A DNA stretch of 64,000 bases from Iphione sp. A-MEVVRFRX5 (GCA_976226885.1 OZ320318.1:78306001-78370000); one strand, 5' to 3'. Numbered from the stretch's first letter, positions 44,221 through 59,199 are shown. Notes: generated by a model from the letters alone, not told the origin. Made by a program: numbers and translations.

Positions 44221-45739
44221 GGACGTCCCCAAGCTCCCGGCCGCCAGGTCCTGAGGTAGAAGGAGCTCCGCTCGCTGGGGGCCCCCACTGCGGCTCTCGC
44301 TCGATCGCCCTCCTCCTCTCGTATGCCTATCATGATTCGTGCCATTAATTGATAGTCTCTAAAGGGTATTTATGAAGAGCCGCGGGCCCTCATACATCAG
44401 CTTTCAAGTTATAGAATGCACCATATGAACGATGTTCCAACTCTGATAACTCTGTATGCACTTCATAACGATACTACTACTTCCGTACGACTACATCGGC
44501 CACTAACACTTCACTCTTCAGATAGGTCGGCTTCTCTCTGTTGTCTAATCCAAGCTGACTAAAAATTATATGTAGCAGGTGTTTGGCTTAATCTCTTGGC
44601 TCGGGTCTAATATTTCCTTGTCTGAGGAAATAATATCCACAGAATGATTAATGTTTACTCCTAGCGACGTTAGGCCTACGAATTGCACACGAAAAGTTTC
44701 CGCATTACAAACTTGGTCCCTACCAAATTTACCCCTTGAACAACGCGACCCTTGGCTATATAACTGCATAAAAATTCTTATAATCCTCTCTAACTGTAAC
44801 CTTTACTTTATCCTCTTCTCTTCAGGAATTATGTTGATCAATGCTGATTTGTCCAGTTTGACGAGTTTGTCAAATGCTCTGTTATTGTGTTCCCTCGACT
44901 GATCAGTCAGAAGCTCATGATTCTGTGTGAATTAAGGATTAGCCACATACGTAATAGATTTATGCAACTCAAAATTGCTAGCATCGTACTATTTGACATC
45001 TATTCTCTTAAAAATGTCCTATTAGATATTTTATTCACAGAGACGACCACAGATATGACGTGTTCTATAGTTCGGATGTTATACTTTACAGAATGCACTG
45101 TTTTCGATATACTTGCGATGCACCCATTAAGGAAGGATAAATAGTCTCGTAGCTCCATGTGCGCTATAAGAGCAGAGGTCAGGTAATTTTCTCCGCCACA
45201 TTCCACGGGGGTATATCCCTGCCACTATCGTGAGGAGGTAAGCAAGGATTCCTCACCACCCAGCGAGTGTGATAAAAGACAAACGTGGCATTTAGCGAGC
45301 TACTCCCACACACCGTTACAGCCTTGTAATCGATGGCCAAGAAACTTAAACAAGTAGACTCACTCAAGTTAGAGGAGGAGGCCTATTTTCAAAAAGTTTG
45401 AAAAAAATACCCTCCTAGAAGCAAAGTGTAGCGTTTTGTTAAGTTTGAAAGGATGTGAATGCGACCTAATATGCTCGCTTTGTACGTCTTTTGCCGTTTG
45501 CTTAGTCAATTTCATAAATACTCCGAGGGCAACTTGTTGGCAGTGAAGAACTCGTCCCTTCGAAGTGGGCCCGACTTTCTTTGTCCTTTTTTTTCCGGAC
45601 CGAGCCTCTCCTAGCGGGTTATACTTCGCTCCATGAGGACGCAGATGTGCGGGGCTCCTCTCTCCTGCTACACTGTATCAACAGGTGGGGGTCTGAGCGA
45701 GCTACGAGTAGAATGTGACCAAAAAAAATATCGCCGGGG

Positions 45740-46120
45740 GACTACTGTGAGCTGCTCACCACCGTACGGGGCGAGCAGGAGGAGGTGGTTCCCGAGCTGC
45801 TCTACCTTCCCCTCCCGTTTGGCCTTCATCGCCGGGGGTATAGGTAGCCATAATCACCTCTGTGTACACCAGGTTGGAGTTGCTCTTTACTACTCAGCCC
45901 CAAACTCCAACCGTACCTCTAGTCTGCTGCTTCTGCTGCTCCAGCTGCTATACCTTCCTCCTGCTCCTCTCTCCACCTCCTCCTCTTCCGCCTCCTACTC
46001 CACTACCTCTGTCTGAGCTGTACGCAGTTAGGCCAGGATGGGACTGAGTATGAGTGGGTCCGTTTGCTCTTTGAGCCCACTTCTCACAGAACTCGGCCAC
46101 CCTTAGTTACCACTTGCTAG
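45740..46120 (+). pseudogene. Candidate spliced gene fragment with a 29-nt micro-intron and a 115-nt pyrimidine-rich intron; product unidentified
   Basis: Exons 45740-45843, 45873-45912 and 46028-46120 join in frame (DYCELLTTVRGEQEEVVPELLYLPLPFGLHRRGY-RLELLFTTQPQTPT-LGQDGTEYEWVRLLFEP...). The second donor is weak. Confidence 0.25.
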
Positions 46121-48909
46121 TTGAATCTCTAAATTAAATGATTTCTTACCTAGCACAGTTTATAGTCCGGACAATGGAAGTACGTACCACTCTTTATCCT
46201 TCTCGCGATTCAACGTACTAAGTACATGTGAAAGTGTGCTACGGGAGTATTGTTCATCAAATGTATTTCAAAGCTTTATATGTAACGTGGACAGCTGTTG
46301 GATACTTTAGATTAAACCGCATTAAACGGTCATGTCCGAATATTCTTTATATGTGTGACCAGGTTAAGAACTTTTTATGAGGATCCTCACCTGGCGACCT
46401 TCAACAACATTCCACAATTACATGTATACACTTTTCTTGGAAGCAACGGTCGTTGAATCGTAAAGTTTACGCGGTCTATCACTTCATGTCTTCTTTTTCT
46501 AGATGGTCCAACTCGTCAACCGGCTCCTCTCTTTGCAACCCTGAAACTTATACTTCACTGACTTAGAAAAAAACGTGAAATCGGTCAATGGTTAATTTGC
46601 CATTCTTTGTGTGTGTGTGGGGGGGGGGTCTCATTTTAAGAATCGTTCGTGAGAATGTGTCCGATGAGAATAACTGTGTTCACCGAAGAGGAAAGTGACA
46701 CAAACACTGTTCCAAACTATCTCTTCAACTAACAGTGGACTGAAAACCAGAAGCACTCGGACTGAATGAAGCTTAGGGTGGAGTGGAGAGATCAGAGGGA
46801 CGGCAGGAGGACGAAGAAGGAGTTAGCCAGAGAGCTGGAGAAAGCATGTCTTACTGATGGTGGGTGCCTGCAGGTCCTTGTTGACTCAGTGGCCTGACGA
46901 ATTGCATGTCATTGGCGTGCCCATGCCTTTATCATTGCCCATTAATTTTCTTTTCAAGTACCATTAAAGCAGTCGGTGACTGATTCAGGGATCGGGGGCC
47001 CTCCCCCTCCCAAAAAATAAAGGAATCACTAATTTTCTTTTCAAATAGGATACAAAAAAGCTGTTGGAATCCCCATGGAAGAGGCTTCTTTTAAGAAAGA
47101 TTAAAAACTAAAATGAAAAACGAAAAGAAATTGGACATTAATGGCTGAGCCCGGCAGGCTGAACCGAAGGAGCACACGAAGGGGGGCTGGGTGGGAGGGG
47201 GTTAACCTTGACAGCGACGAAACGACATGGTAATGGAGGACGTGAGAGTAGAGCTTTCCGGGTGTCCTCACCGACCTCACCTTTAAAAACTTATGTCGTT
47301 ATAGCGATGGGAACGCCACAGGTGAAGTGCATTTGCACAAAAAGATAGGAATTAGGATCCACTGTTTCCTTTTCTTTTGTTATTGATAACGTTAGGAACA
47401 GTATCTTACAAAAGTAGATCCTACACCACCGTGACCGTTTAAACCATCCTTAACTCGGATTGGGTACATTACGTTTATATTTACCTAGGGAATGGCACTA
47501 CACGTTGTTCAAAAGATGGCTGTCTCCGTACATTTAGGGCAACCGGGTTATTACAACCATGTCCATCCGTGTATTAGTAGAGTACTTCTCCTACCTAAAT
47601 ACATGTATAAAGTCGACGTAATACCCTTATTTTCCATTAATTCCTTGCCCAACACGTGCCCTTCCTCCGTCAAGACAAGCGGCCGGTTTACCATCTGGTA
47701 CTATACTTGTTCCGTCTTTACACATTCCTGGCTTTGAGAAAGCGTAAACCTTTGGAGACCCGCGCGCCGTGTCCGGGAAGTGCTCCCTTCATCGATACCT
47801 CCTTCACGGGGAAAACTCAGGCAGCAAGAACCTCTCACGCGCGCTTTCCCCGAAAATAAACACCGCGGAACTGTGCACCCAACAGTGCCTGGGCGGGAAT
47901 GAAAGGTATGAAGGTATAGGAAATGGGTGTATCTGTTAGGATCCACTCTACTCTTGCGAAGGCCGACACCTCCGACGTCTTGGTGTAAACTGGGTTTTCA
48001 TCACATTGGACCTGACCTATAGTGACATTGGCCATAGTGTGAACGTGTTTCTGAACGTGTGAAACTCGTCCCCTTTCGTCTGTTTTTTTTTAAAGGCAGA
48101 TATAATGTAAACAGTGCATTTATGAATACGCACCCCTTTTTTAAATATCATTATGGAAAGAAAATCTTTGTGGTACAATGATCTAGATGAGAAAGCAAAT
48201 TCTGCATGGTAGCTTTTGTGTAATTTCAAACAGCGGTTCCTTTTCAATGTATACAAACGTAAATATAATTGCACCAAGGTGGAACATAACCTGAATTCGT
48301 TCGAACCGCCAGACATCTTTAGGGAGCTGAAGAGAAACTAAAGTATTTACTCTAGAACGTTTTTTCTGGTACCTATTTCACGGACGAACCTGATTTTTCA
48401 TTGGCTACTGAAATTCCTTTCCGACGTTTGATTGATAGACAAGTATACACTATTCAGCAACGCTCATCACGTGACAAATAGCCTTCAACCTTCCCCGCCG
48501 CTCTCCATAAAACGTTTTCATTTGTGTCCGTTATCAGCGTTATACGCAGATATACAAGTGAAGGGCCTTGCATTGACTTTTGCTCGCATGCTACACGAAG
48601 GTAAATAAGTACTCGCTTTCATGTGAAAATGAAATTCAAAAAGGCTCCACTTGCTCCCGCGAACGTTTTCCCTGGTCATGAAATCAGGTCCCCCAACCTC
48701 TCTCTTCGTCCGACGTGGGCCGCTGGCTGTGGAACCTGTCTACCATGATGAGGGGGAGGTGGAGCCATTTGAGCGTGTTGTCCAGAGCCGTCTTGATTTC
48801 AGGTTGGTAGCAATGAACTCATCAAACATGGGGATATTAGGTTCTATCCCATTTCACATCTCGGAAAAATCGATGGCGGAAAGTGAGCACTAGATGAGGT
48901 GTCATGTGA

Positions 48910-49380
48910 AGTAGTGAGCAGCAGTAAGTGCTCAAATGAGCTAAATGTTGGCAGTAGGTGGTAGTAAGCCCTACAATTAGCTACATACAATAGTAAGTGC
49001 TCCACTCAGCTACATATCTGTTGTAAGTGGTTATTGTGGCTAGATATTGGCAGTAAAAGGCAGTAAGCATTCAACCTGGCCACATGTTAGCTGCAGGCTG
49101 TAGTAACAGCTGTACCTGGCAGCAGTGTCATGTTGGCAGTGACCTGTAGTAAATGACAAACTTGACTACATGTAAGCAATTGCTGGAGGTAAACATTAAA
49201 TTCAGCTAGCTGTTGGCAGTTGGCAGTAGTAGGTGCTAGAATCAGCTATGTGCATGCCAGCTTATATCCGTAGAAAGTGCTAAAATCAGCTCAATGTCAG
49301 CAGTAGGTGCCAGTAAGTGCTAAAACTGGCTATACATGTATGTATAAATGTTGGCGGTGGGTTGTAGTAAGTGCTACCTT
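48910..49380 (+). repeat. Degenerate ~40-bp minisatellite, ~11 copies
   Basis: Recurring AGTAAGTGCT...CAGCTA...TGTTGGCAGT core (e.g. 48923, 48963, 49062, 49102, 49312, 49366). Confidence 0.75.
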
Positions 49381-52300
49381 TGAATATATCTGGCCGTTTT
49401 CAAGAATCAGTAATGCATGTGTATATGAAAGGTCATGTGCAGTCTCACCGTGTTAACGGAACCCTCATTATTAAAATTCCCTACTGGTCTACTTTATACT
49501 TATACCAATCATTTGCTCTAAATGGAACATTATGGTTGTTACTTGGTTCAAAAAGTAAAGAACAATTTTGTATTTGATTCAAACGCGTCCCTTTTATCAA
49601 CATTTCATGTTAGAGCTTCGTAGGAATATTCCTTTCCCGTATTATTTGAGAGGTAGCACTTGCTCCTGGAAAGAGAATTGTATTTTTAAAAATCTTCCTT
49701 ATGAGTATTCTGTAGAAGAGGGCCTCCCTACTGATGGTACCGCTCGGTATTACCTGAGAGGTAGACCATTTGTACTCCTAGTTACTCCGGGCCAGTGGTT
49801 CTGTCGCCAGGTGTGTTCGCCCTGTGGCCCCTATCTCCTCGCCACACACTCCCACAGGTGCGCTGACTCCTCTCTAACGTTTATCTCCTGCTTCTCTTAC
49901 CTCCACACCTTCTCCAGACCTACTTCGCCATTACAAGGGCTGATAACCCGCAGAAGCATGTGCTCCTCTGTTCATAAGCTGCTCACTAGAAATAGGTCAG
50001 CTCAACCTGCCCAGATAGGTTATCCGTAGTAACCCTACATGGCCCATAGTAAGGGGAGTTGATTTGCGTCCGCACATCCAATACTATTACTCCTATTAAC
50101 TCTCAAGGGTAAATCTGAAACGTTCAGTGGATTAATTGACCGATTTGAGTTAGAACAGGTAATACACGTGCTATAACGTGAATGCAGTTCAATGAAAAGG
50201 CCCGTCTGTGAGGTGGGCGTAGAACTAGTTCAGTGGAATGGCAGCTCCCGTTTAGTTACGGTTTCAGGTGACCTGAATCAGTCATAACTTCGTCTGCACA
50301 GAGAGATAATATTATCTGCTCGGTGAGTAAGAACGAGACTTGGGTTACCATGAGCTTCGAGAGAAAACTACAGACGTGAGGCAGTGAAGTAGGAAATTGA
50401 TGGTAGTGTGAACGTTAGGGACCCATGAAAAATCATTGACACAAGACGTAGATAGCGATACATATTTAGGTGTGAGGTTGTACGCATTCAACTTTTGCCT
50501 TCTGGCTTTTTTTTATGAATCATTGACTCTATCCTCAAATAATTTTATTACACTGCATTTGGAAGAAAGGGAAAGCAGGATTATTTGCCTAAGCACGGGT
50601 ATGTTTTTTTCTTTCAGCCAAAGACAGTAATGATTTTCTTCCGGGAGGATTAACTTGTTAAAAAAATCAATTACGTTTGACCTTGAAACCACTTTCTCAA
50701 CTTACATACCTCACGGCAAAGGTATCTAAGTTTGATGCGCTGCATTAACAGCTGATTTTTAATATCTGCTACCTAGATACGGTGAGCATAAAATTCTGTG
50801 TTGTGTTGCAAAGTATCATGTAATATTCAGTTTGAATTCTGAACCCCGGGTCATGAAGTGTAAAATAAAGGTATCAGGTAATCATGTTGTCCAGGTTGTA
50901 TATTTTCTATTGATATACATTTTGAAATGATAAAAGAAATGACAAATCAGGGTTATTATGATGGGAAATAACAATTCAGGGTTATTTCTCATTATAACAG
51001 CCGGGGAGTCCGGGGAGTTACCTTCACAAACAGACTATTTCTATTTTTGTAACTGTCGGCTGATTTGATCTCTTTGCCCGAGGGTCAGCCAGCGGGCTCC
51101 CACGTTTAGAAAGCAGACGACAATTGGGTCTTCCTTCGCTGTCACATTTGGCACCGCAAATGCGCGGTAAATGAAGGTACGTTAAGAAATGAGAGGTGTT
51201 TTTAGACCAATTGCTGAGGGAAGGCCTTGGTTTTTTTATAATTTACGTTTCTTTCCATTCCATAACTTTATGGAATGACGATGGCAAGAAAATGTGACCA
51301 GCTTGGGATATCTGTCATTCTAAAATAAGACGCTATAATAGATTTACACAGTAAATGTGAAATATATATTTTGCCCTGTTGGATACGGGTACAACTCAAT
51401 AAAACAGACAACCTATTTTTTGTCACTTCCTTTTTATACCCTGCCAAGAGAACCCACGACAAGCACAATCCCAGCTTGCCAAGGTAATCCCCAATTATGC
51501 ATTACACCTCATTACATGTGTTTACTATATCGGCCCTTAGTAACATAAACAATGCATAGGCCTGCGGCAGACGATGCGCTGCAGCTTGTCGTATGCTCCT
51601 GGGACTCTAGCCCCTAACATTACCAGACCGGATTATTCCAGGCAGCCTCGCATGACTCTATCACATCGGCGTCAACCCCATGACTGGTGGTTTATCTTTA
51701 TTACGTTTTGTTTATTTTTCCTACAGGCAGATCAGCGTCTTTAGTGCTAATCCCTCAAACATCCAGCCTACTCATTGACTATAAATGGTCCTGTATGGAG
51801 AGGGGGGGGGGCTTCCTGCAACTCCGCAACTATCCTTTTTTCAGCGCTAGTTATTTATGATACTGACAGAGTGAGATGGTTTTCGACGGCCTTTTTAGTT
51901 TGCGTTTGTATTAGGTTCTTATGCGAGGTACCTTTTTTGTACCGGGTAATGAATCTTGGCATTGTTACATCAAGTTATTTTTTTTTGCTGTTTTCCCGCC
52001 GACTAGCTCCGATGTGAGTGCCTGTGCTGGAAGAGTGATGGTTGGTTGCGCTTACTTCACGCTCCTCGGCTTGGAGAACACACTTGTGCACGGGCATGCA
52101 ATGCAGACATGCTCCAATCAGAGGCGGCGAAAAGAAAAACTGAAACGTCCGGCTACTCTTGCACACGCGCGCGCACGCGCACACGATCACACGTCGACAA
52201 TACCCTTACGTCGACAGGTCCAATACGTCAACAGGATGATGACTGAGTTATGAAGCGTGATATATCTTGACTAGCTTTGATTAGGAATCCTACGTGTCTC

Positions 52301-55300
52301 GCTGTACATGTTAGTTTGGAACAAGCTTATCCAAAGCCGCATAGCTCAATATGTCACAAAGTAAACGAGAAATTACTCTTATACTCTTATCATTCACCAG
52401 AGCCTATGTATACGTGCATTTCAAAATATGCATGTATACATAGAAATACTTAAAACACATCTACATGTATATATACACGTGTGTAGAGTGTGTACTCCAC
52501 TACTAGATCTCTAGAATCGTTGTCTCCCAGGGAGTCTCCTCTGTTCTTCAATCCATGTACATGTATCTTTCTTTTTGGATGCTCCCTGGTCAATTGCTAA
52601 CTTTGAATTACCTTTTTTTGAAAGTTTATTCAACCTGGTAAATAGACGCCAGGGCCTTTAACAAAGTACAACAGCTCTTCTTAAATGCTAATTCGTTCAA
52701 TACAACACTCTTGTACCTGTACCTCATGGTATGAATAATGTTTGCTACCCCGAATCTATTCAGGAGTACTGCGATCGGCTGGTCCTCATGCAGTCTCAAT
52801 AGGTACATTATGTAGTTATCAGTCTTAATAGGTTGGTTAATAGCTTTAAGTTAAGATTTCAGGGACAACGGAGCCTTTCAGTTCTCTTACACTTCCTCGC
52901 ACCATGCATTACGAGCTGCTAGCTCCTACCGCAATGGTCTCCTTCCTTTGGAAAATTTCTCTTTTTTTGACATTGCTATCTGGTGATTATTGGACACGGT
53001 ATAGTTCTCTGCAACATAAGCATTGTTAGCTTATCATAACATAAACTATGTAACAGACGTTACTACCATATCCTGCTTCCCTCATAGGGAACTCCATATA
53101 AACCTTTCAAGCTATCATGTAGGTACTAAACACTAACATATGCACATACCCGCAACCACAATACTACACATAACGTGTACACACACTGTCGTACACACAC
53201 TGCCATACAATCTCTGCGGTGCCGAGTCTATTACCTTGTCGCGTGCTAAAAAGCCGTCTTTTAATTACAGCCACCCCGCCCAGCAGGAGACAATACAAAC
53301 CACAGACTTGTAATTAGGATATGTCAGCCATGTAATGGTTGGTCTTCATCACTGCCGGGAGGTGGCGCGCACAAGCTCGACCATTCGGCGCATGCGTCAA
53401 AGCATTAGTCCCCTGAGAGTGTGGAAGGATACTGCGTGCGTTTTTATTGTTTAACAGTTGCTGCTCTTATTGTCTAGTTTGTACGGAAACAATCTGTATG
53501 GGGATCTAAAAGTTTCTGAACCGCTCCAGTCTGTGCATGCGCGTTTCTATGTAGAAACATTCTAACAGCGTTAAACGAGAGGATTAAGCACTCGGATGGT
53601 TATCTCTTCGATGCAAAATGAAGCAGTTATGTATTATGCTTTCTAAAAGGCTTCTGATTTAAATATATGGTGATTTAAGGCGAGTATAGATCTGAATGAA
53701 TAGGAATTTAATACATTGTTGAAATAATCTTTGTTTTCCGTATTCAAACAGAAGTGTTAAAATTACATGAATACCGGCCAGGTACGGACAAATTAAGCAA
53801 AATAGGAAGGGTAAAGTAACATAAAGAGGTTCTTGTTGTGGAGGAAGAGTTGGAAAGAATCAGTTTTAAGTCCCTGGATGATGAGGGAATGGTTCATTGT
53901 GACTGAGCTGGAACAAGCCTAAAGAGGGAGCGGTTCTCAATGAGCTGCTCTGAGCAGATTGAACCACAGCATGCAAGGCCTCCATCTGACTCCTAATGCC
54001 AAAACCACCACACCGGCATCCCCCTGTCCTCAGTGGCCTCCAGAATGGGAATGCTGCGAGAGAGTTTTTTTTAGTGTGGATATGGGCTTTAGTTTCGTGA
54101 GTATGGTGAAAAGTTTAAATAATTGGTCGTCGAGAGTTCCTTGTCTTTGTCATTGAAGTGCCTCGCTCAGAAACGTGTCGTCATGAATAGATTAAAAACG
54201 GTCATTCTAGTCGCTAGTTGGTGTCAATTGTTCTTGTGTCTGTCAGGCCTATGTAGACTACGCCCATCTGATTTTCATCATCCAAAAGGGAGAGAAAAAA
54301 TCTATTAGCAATAAGAACGGTATACCAACCGCGGGACTACCGTCGACAATTAGGATGAAATATTGAATGGAAGGTAATATGTACTTGTCTTTGGTACACG
54401 CGCCATTATCCATCAATTTCGACGTATCAGTACCAATAGCTGTGACTTCGAGAAGTGCACCTTCTGTTCATGAGTAGAGTTGAGCAAGTATGCCTTTCGG
54501 ACCCCGACGAAAATGTCCCCACTCTCTCCTTAGCGATGAGCCCTCTCATCAGCTCCTGTTTTCCTTTCACCAGAGTAAATCAACTTATTGAGCCGGGTCC
54601 AAGTTAACAAGGCTTGAAAGCAATTACCGAAGGACAGGCTGAGGCTGGTTTGCTGGGTTCCTAAAGGACGGCCAATGACATGCCAAATCTCGCCTTGACC
54701 TCGGGTCACGCGGCAGCAAGCACCATCAGACGTTGACTACACGTGACTACACGGACATTTGCATCACCTTGGAGAAGAAAGGGCGTCTTTGATTTCTTCT
54801 CGTTTCCTGAGCCCTGCCTCGTGTACATCCTTCTGACAGCGGATCCAGGTCTCCGTCTATGATCAACTGCACTGTCTGCTTGAGTGAGAGAGTGAGAGTT
54901 TATAGACTTGCTTGGCAGGCTAGGCGAGCTCACCACCGAAGGAATAGCAGCCTTCCGTCTGTATCAACCGATTAGACTGATAATGTCCACTAGTACCCGG
55001 CCCCTTCCACCATCTCTCTAACCATCAGCTATTTTCGACTGCTAATCTTATAGAAATTGAGCCAAACCTCTGTAAATCTGGTTGTGTTCGTGCAATTCCC
55101 TTGAAACTGAGCCACGGCCGTCTATATTTTGTCACTTGTTTTGGTAAATCTCGGAAAATAGAGATATATCTGGTTAAATATTCAATTGTCTAAGCAAACC
55201 TCTACAAATTGAGCCAAATCTGTGTAAATAATGGATTGTTTATGCGGAATTCAAAGCCGGAGCTTGATCTTAACCTGAGTGCTCATATTCCATTGGTGCA

Positions 55301-56699
55301 TGAGTGCATGTGTGTATGCAATATGATAATTGTTTGTTTTAAACATTGCAAGACACACGTGCACAAGAAATGCACATTCCTGCATTGCACCCATGGAAGC
55401 ACACTTATCTATTCACATACTCAGGTATGTTCCTGCATCTATGCACCCTGAATACATGCACGCATTACACATTCACGGAAGTAACACTGAGCAATTATTT
55501 ACTCTCTCTCTTTTTAGCCACATAGCCGGTCTTATTTGCATTTTCTTGGTACACAGATGTGGACATCTCCCGATTACCTTTCTGTTTACATTCTATGCCT
55601 GTGCTTGCTGATCCATGCTTCCCTAATCTGTACACATACATCCTCTTCTTATAGGATCGAGAATCTCTTGTCTTGGTTTTTTTCCCTTTCCCAATCTGCT
55701 TTATAGCTCATCTGTCCCCGTGTGAAAGTTCTGTCAAGTACTGGTTTTCCTTGTCTGTGTGGCCCTCCCATCAATTATTTCGTCTTCACTTAAGCCATCG
55801 AACTTCAGTGACATAAAGGGGAATCCTACTAACTTTTTTTTTCAAAGAGAACCCTTCCCCTCGAACTGCATGTAGCCCAAAGCTGGCTGCTGCTTTCTTG
55901 GGTATAGGGTGCCTCTGAGGGCATTGTTACAGTTTACGATTAAAGTCATAACTAGTAATGTCTACCTTTCTTCATCTTTTCCGCCATAACCTTTTGGGAG
56001 AAAGTTTCAAGGGAGAAAGTAATCGCAGCTATCCGTCTGCTGGAATATACTTGTGGATGTTGCTCAAGTTTCACCCATGTTATATTTTCTGCAAAACGTT
56101 TTTTTATGGCATATCGGTGTGAACACGTACATGTGAATATGTGGTACAAGAAACTCACTTGATTCATAAGCAAACGCAATTATGTATATCCGACTGGGAC
56201 TCACAACTGACAGCAACTGGTACTGATTGGTAGTATTAAGAGATAATTGCAGGGCGATATAGAGCGTGGGGGTAGACAGCGGAGTAAAGTAGGCACTAAG
56301 CAAGCTTAGATGGTGTTACCGTTGTAAAAAGTCCTTCTTCAAATTAAAACTTATAATGGAAATACTGGTGAAGTTAATTAAAGAGAGGAGTTATCTGTGT
56401 TGGTCGTCACAATCTGTATTTACACAAACATCGAGTGCACTGAGCACTGCTAAAACAGCGGCGTCACCACTCCCTCTAGCTGGTTCCCCAGAGTGTTGTC
56501 GCTAGTAGAATGGGGGCAAACAAGAAACCAGCGAAACCCCAGGGGCAGTGGTAGGTGGATTGGGACCATATCGGAGCACTTTGGAACGCAACAGTAGATA
56601 TTCTTTGAAGTGGCCGCCCTGTGGAAAGGAATAGGGTACGAAAAAATTACTCCTCCCCTAGGCTGCGGTGTCTTCTACTCTTCTTGCCTCTCCAAAAAT

Positions 56700-56780
56700 G
56701 GTCAAAAACCACGGGCAGAGCACAAAATGGCTGCCATTGTTGTGACCAGCATTCCCAGGGGGCGCCACCATTGTGAGCAG
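56700..56780 (+). promoter_or_regulatory. YY1-like plus partial CTCF-like motif
   Basis: AAAATGGCTGCC near 56724 and CCCAGGGGGCGC near 56754. Confidence 0.25.
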
Positions 56781-57965
56781 CGCCACACAGCGTGTAAATG
56801 GAAAAGCCTCGCGGGAGCTGAGGCCCTGATAAGATATCTAATCAGTGCCAACCGCTGTGTCAATATTTGTTATCCCACCCCCTCCTTACCGAGAACGAGG
56901 GCAGGAGCGGATCTGAGGGTGTGGTGGTGATAGTGTTGAGGTAAACTAAATAACCGACTCACCACCACAGCCACTCACGACGACTCGCTCCGCTACTAAT
57001 TTACATAAAATTACTCATTCAACACTGTCAATGTAAACAATCTTTAAATACACATTAGCTCACATTGGCTGTTTCAGCCATTAGCGGTGTATATCAGCTG
57101 AAGGTAAATGTGGAACAAATTTCACTTTTCACTGAAATATAAGGTTCGAATCTGATTATGATGTATTTTTACCCTAGAGTAAGGATATTTCAGTCGTGAT
57201 CAAACCGTAACGTGTATCATCTAAACCTATATTTACCATTCCATCCCTGATATTGTGCGGACTCGGTTAAAGAAGAATCCATCCTTGCTTTCAAACAGCA
57301 TTCCGACTAGACCAATTCGAGATGCTCCCGTTTACAGATAGAAAGGCGGGGTCAATATTCAAATAACAGTGCGAGTTGTTTTACCAGAAAGATGCTAAAA
57401 ACTCGATAAAGCCTGAATGGAACAATAACTAGGTTTTCCCATTCGTGGGATATCAGACTAATGAAGTCATACTATGATGGCACATTTGAATACATCTATT
57501 CAATAGATTTTTTTTACTTTCATAGTCTGAATTGAGATAACTTTGGATGTAGTTCCTGTAAATGTTTTGGTGTCATTTCTGTAGCTCTGTGGTATACCTA
57601 TGTCCAGTTTTCCTACTGCTCCGATGGCCTTTCAGCAGGCCACTTTCCAGCCGCCCTATATATGTTCGTATGGCTGCGGCAGTTCGCTCTCACTGTTAAA
57701 AGGGGTGTTTATCAAGGTTATGGTGTGTATACTCGCCACTGGCTCCTCTATCATCATCTAGAGGCAAATTAATCCAAGCTGAAGATCATCGCCATAGTGT
57801 GCATCCATGAGCCGTGTCCGCTACATCACTCGGCTTAATCAAGTGGAAAGATAATAATATCAAAGTGTTTACATGTCCGAAATAAGATTCCTTGGAGGGT
57901 TAATGAGCCCTTCTAGGATGGAATCTAGATTGGCATCTGACGGTTGAAGGTGTGAGTATATTAAC

Positions 57966-57985
57966 ATATATATATATATATATAT
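57966..57985 (+). repeat. (TA)n microsatellite
   Basis: Read directly. Confidence 0.9.
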
Positions 57986-58329
57986 TTCTCTAAGCGGTTC
58001 CCGGCTGGTTGTGATGATATAATTCTGGATGGGACGGTCTCAGTTTAGTTTTTACTTGTTGGAGAGGGTTTGTCCAGTGCGTTTTGAATAATATGGAGAA
58101 AACCAGTTCAACCTTGGTTTGTTGGAGTGCCTCATCTCTCCATGATTAACACAATATTGGAAAACAAAATGAAGTGAACAATGTAGAAAGTATTCAGGTA
58201 TACAGGCTACACACTGGCGTAGATGAGCAGTACGTTGCTGAGACAATCGTACTTGGCTGATGTACTATTGATGCTGGTACAAGGCTGAATACAGGTAAGG
58301 GTAATACTCAGCTTACATACAATGTTCTA

Positions 58330-58700
58330 ATTGTTGAGAGTATTTTGCTCACAAACTGGTGTGGCTACCTCTTTCCTCATACCTTGGTGTTGATGGTATA
58401 CTCAGTCCACAGACTTGTGTTGACAGTACTTGGCTCACACACTGCTCTGGACAGTATTTAGCTCACAAACGTCGAGCGTACTCCTCCCACATGTATGTGC
58501 GTTAATACTCTGTTCACACACTGGTATAGAGAACTCTAGGATTGAACACAAGTTTGGAAAGTACTCGGTGTACTCACTAGTGTTGATATTATTATGTGTG
58601 GAGAGTACATTGTACTTAACTCATATAGTGGTGTGGGAGATTACCCAGCTAACACACTGGTGGGGGTGGGAACTCACACACTGGAGTGGTAATGTTAGAA
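58330..58700 (+). repeat. Highly degenerate ~27-bp minisatellite
   Basis: Recurring GCTCACACACTGGTGTGG-like core near 58347, 58432, 58460, 58513, 58617, 58648 and 58672. Confidence 0.6.
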
Positions 58701-59199
58701 TATTTGTTGGATGTTGTGCTCTACCAAACGAGCATCCAATCACCCAAGAAGTACAGAATGAAACTAATTTCCCTTCTCTATAGACTGAATGTATTCGTGT
58801 GGATATGATACGGAGAACGTTATTCAGCATCTCGTGTTCTCTAAGATAAAGAACCCGGGCAGGAAAACAACGGGCATGGCACAAAAAACAAGAATAGCTG
58901 AAAATATCAGCATATGCTATCAAGTAAACGTTTGGCGGAGAAGAAAGAGATAGTTGGGACATTCCAGAGATATGGTTTGATGGGCTGCAGCGATATCATA
59001 CCATTTGGTATGGTATTGCTATAGAACCATGCTGGGAGGGGGGAGGGAGAGGCAGTTTCAATGTCTTTTGTATCCGCCAGGCGTAAAGAATGATTGCCGC
59101 GGCTGGGTCTGTGCGTGGGCGGTGAACGAAGCAGCTGTAGTAGAATTTCCTTGATATAAATAGCTTCATCAGAGCAGTTGTAATAACCTGGAATGCGGT

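Noticed and set aside
52620-53960. Possible minus-strand L2-like 3' remnants (about 52620-52700 and 53800-53960)
   Set aside because: Only a loose WN.LP-like resemblance needing frameshifts; cannot be supported without a profile search.
57130-57160. GGTTCGAATC B-box-like motif (tRNA or SINE)
   Set aside because: No A-box at the proper distance and no cloverleaf.
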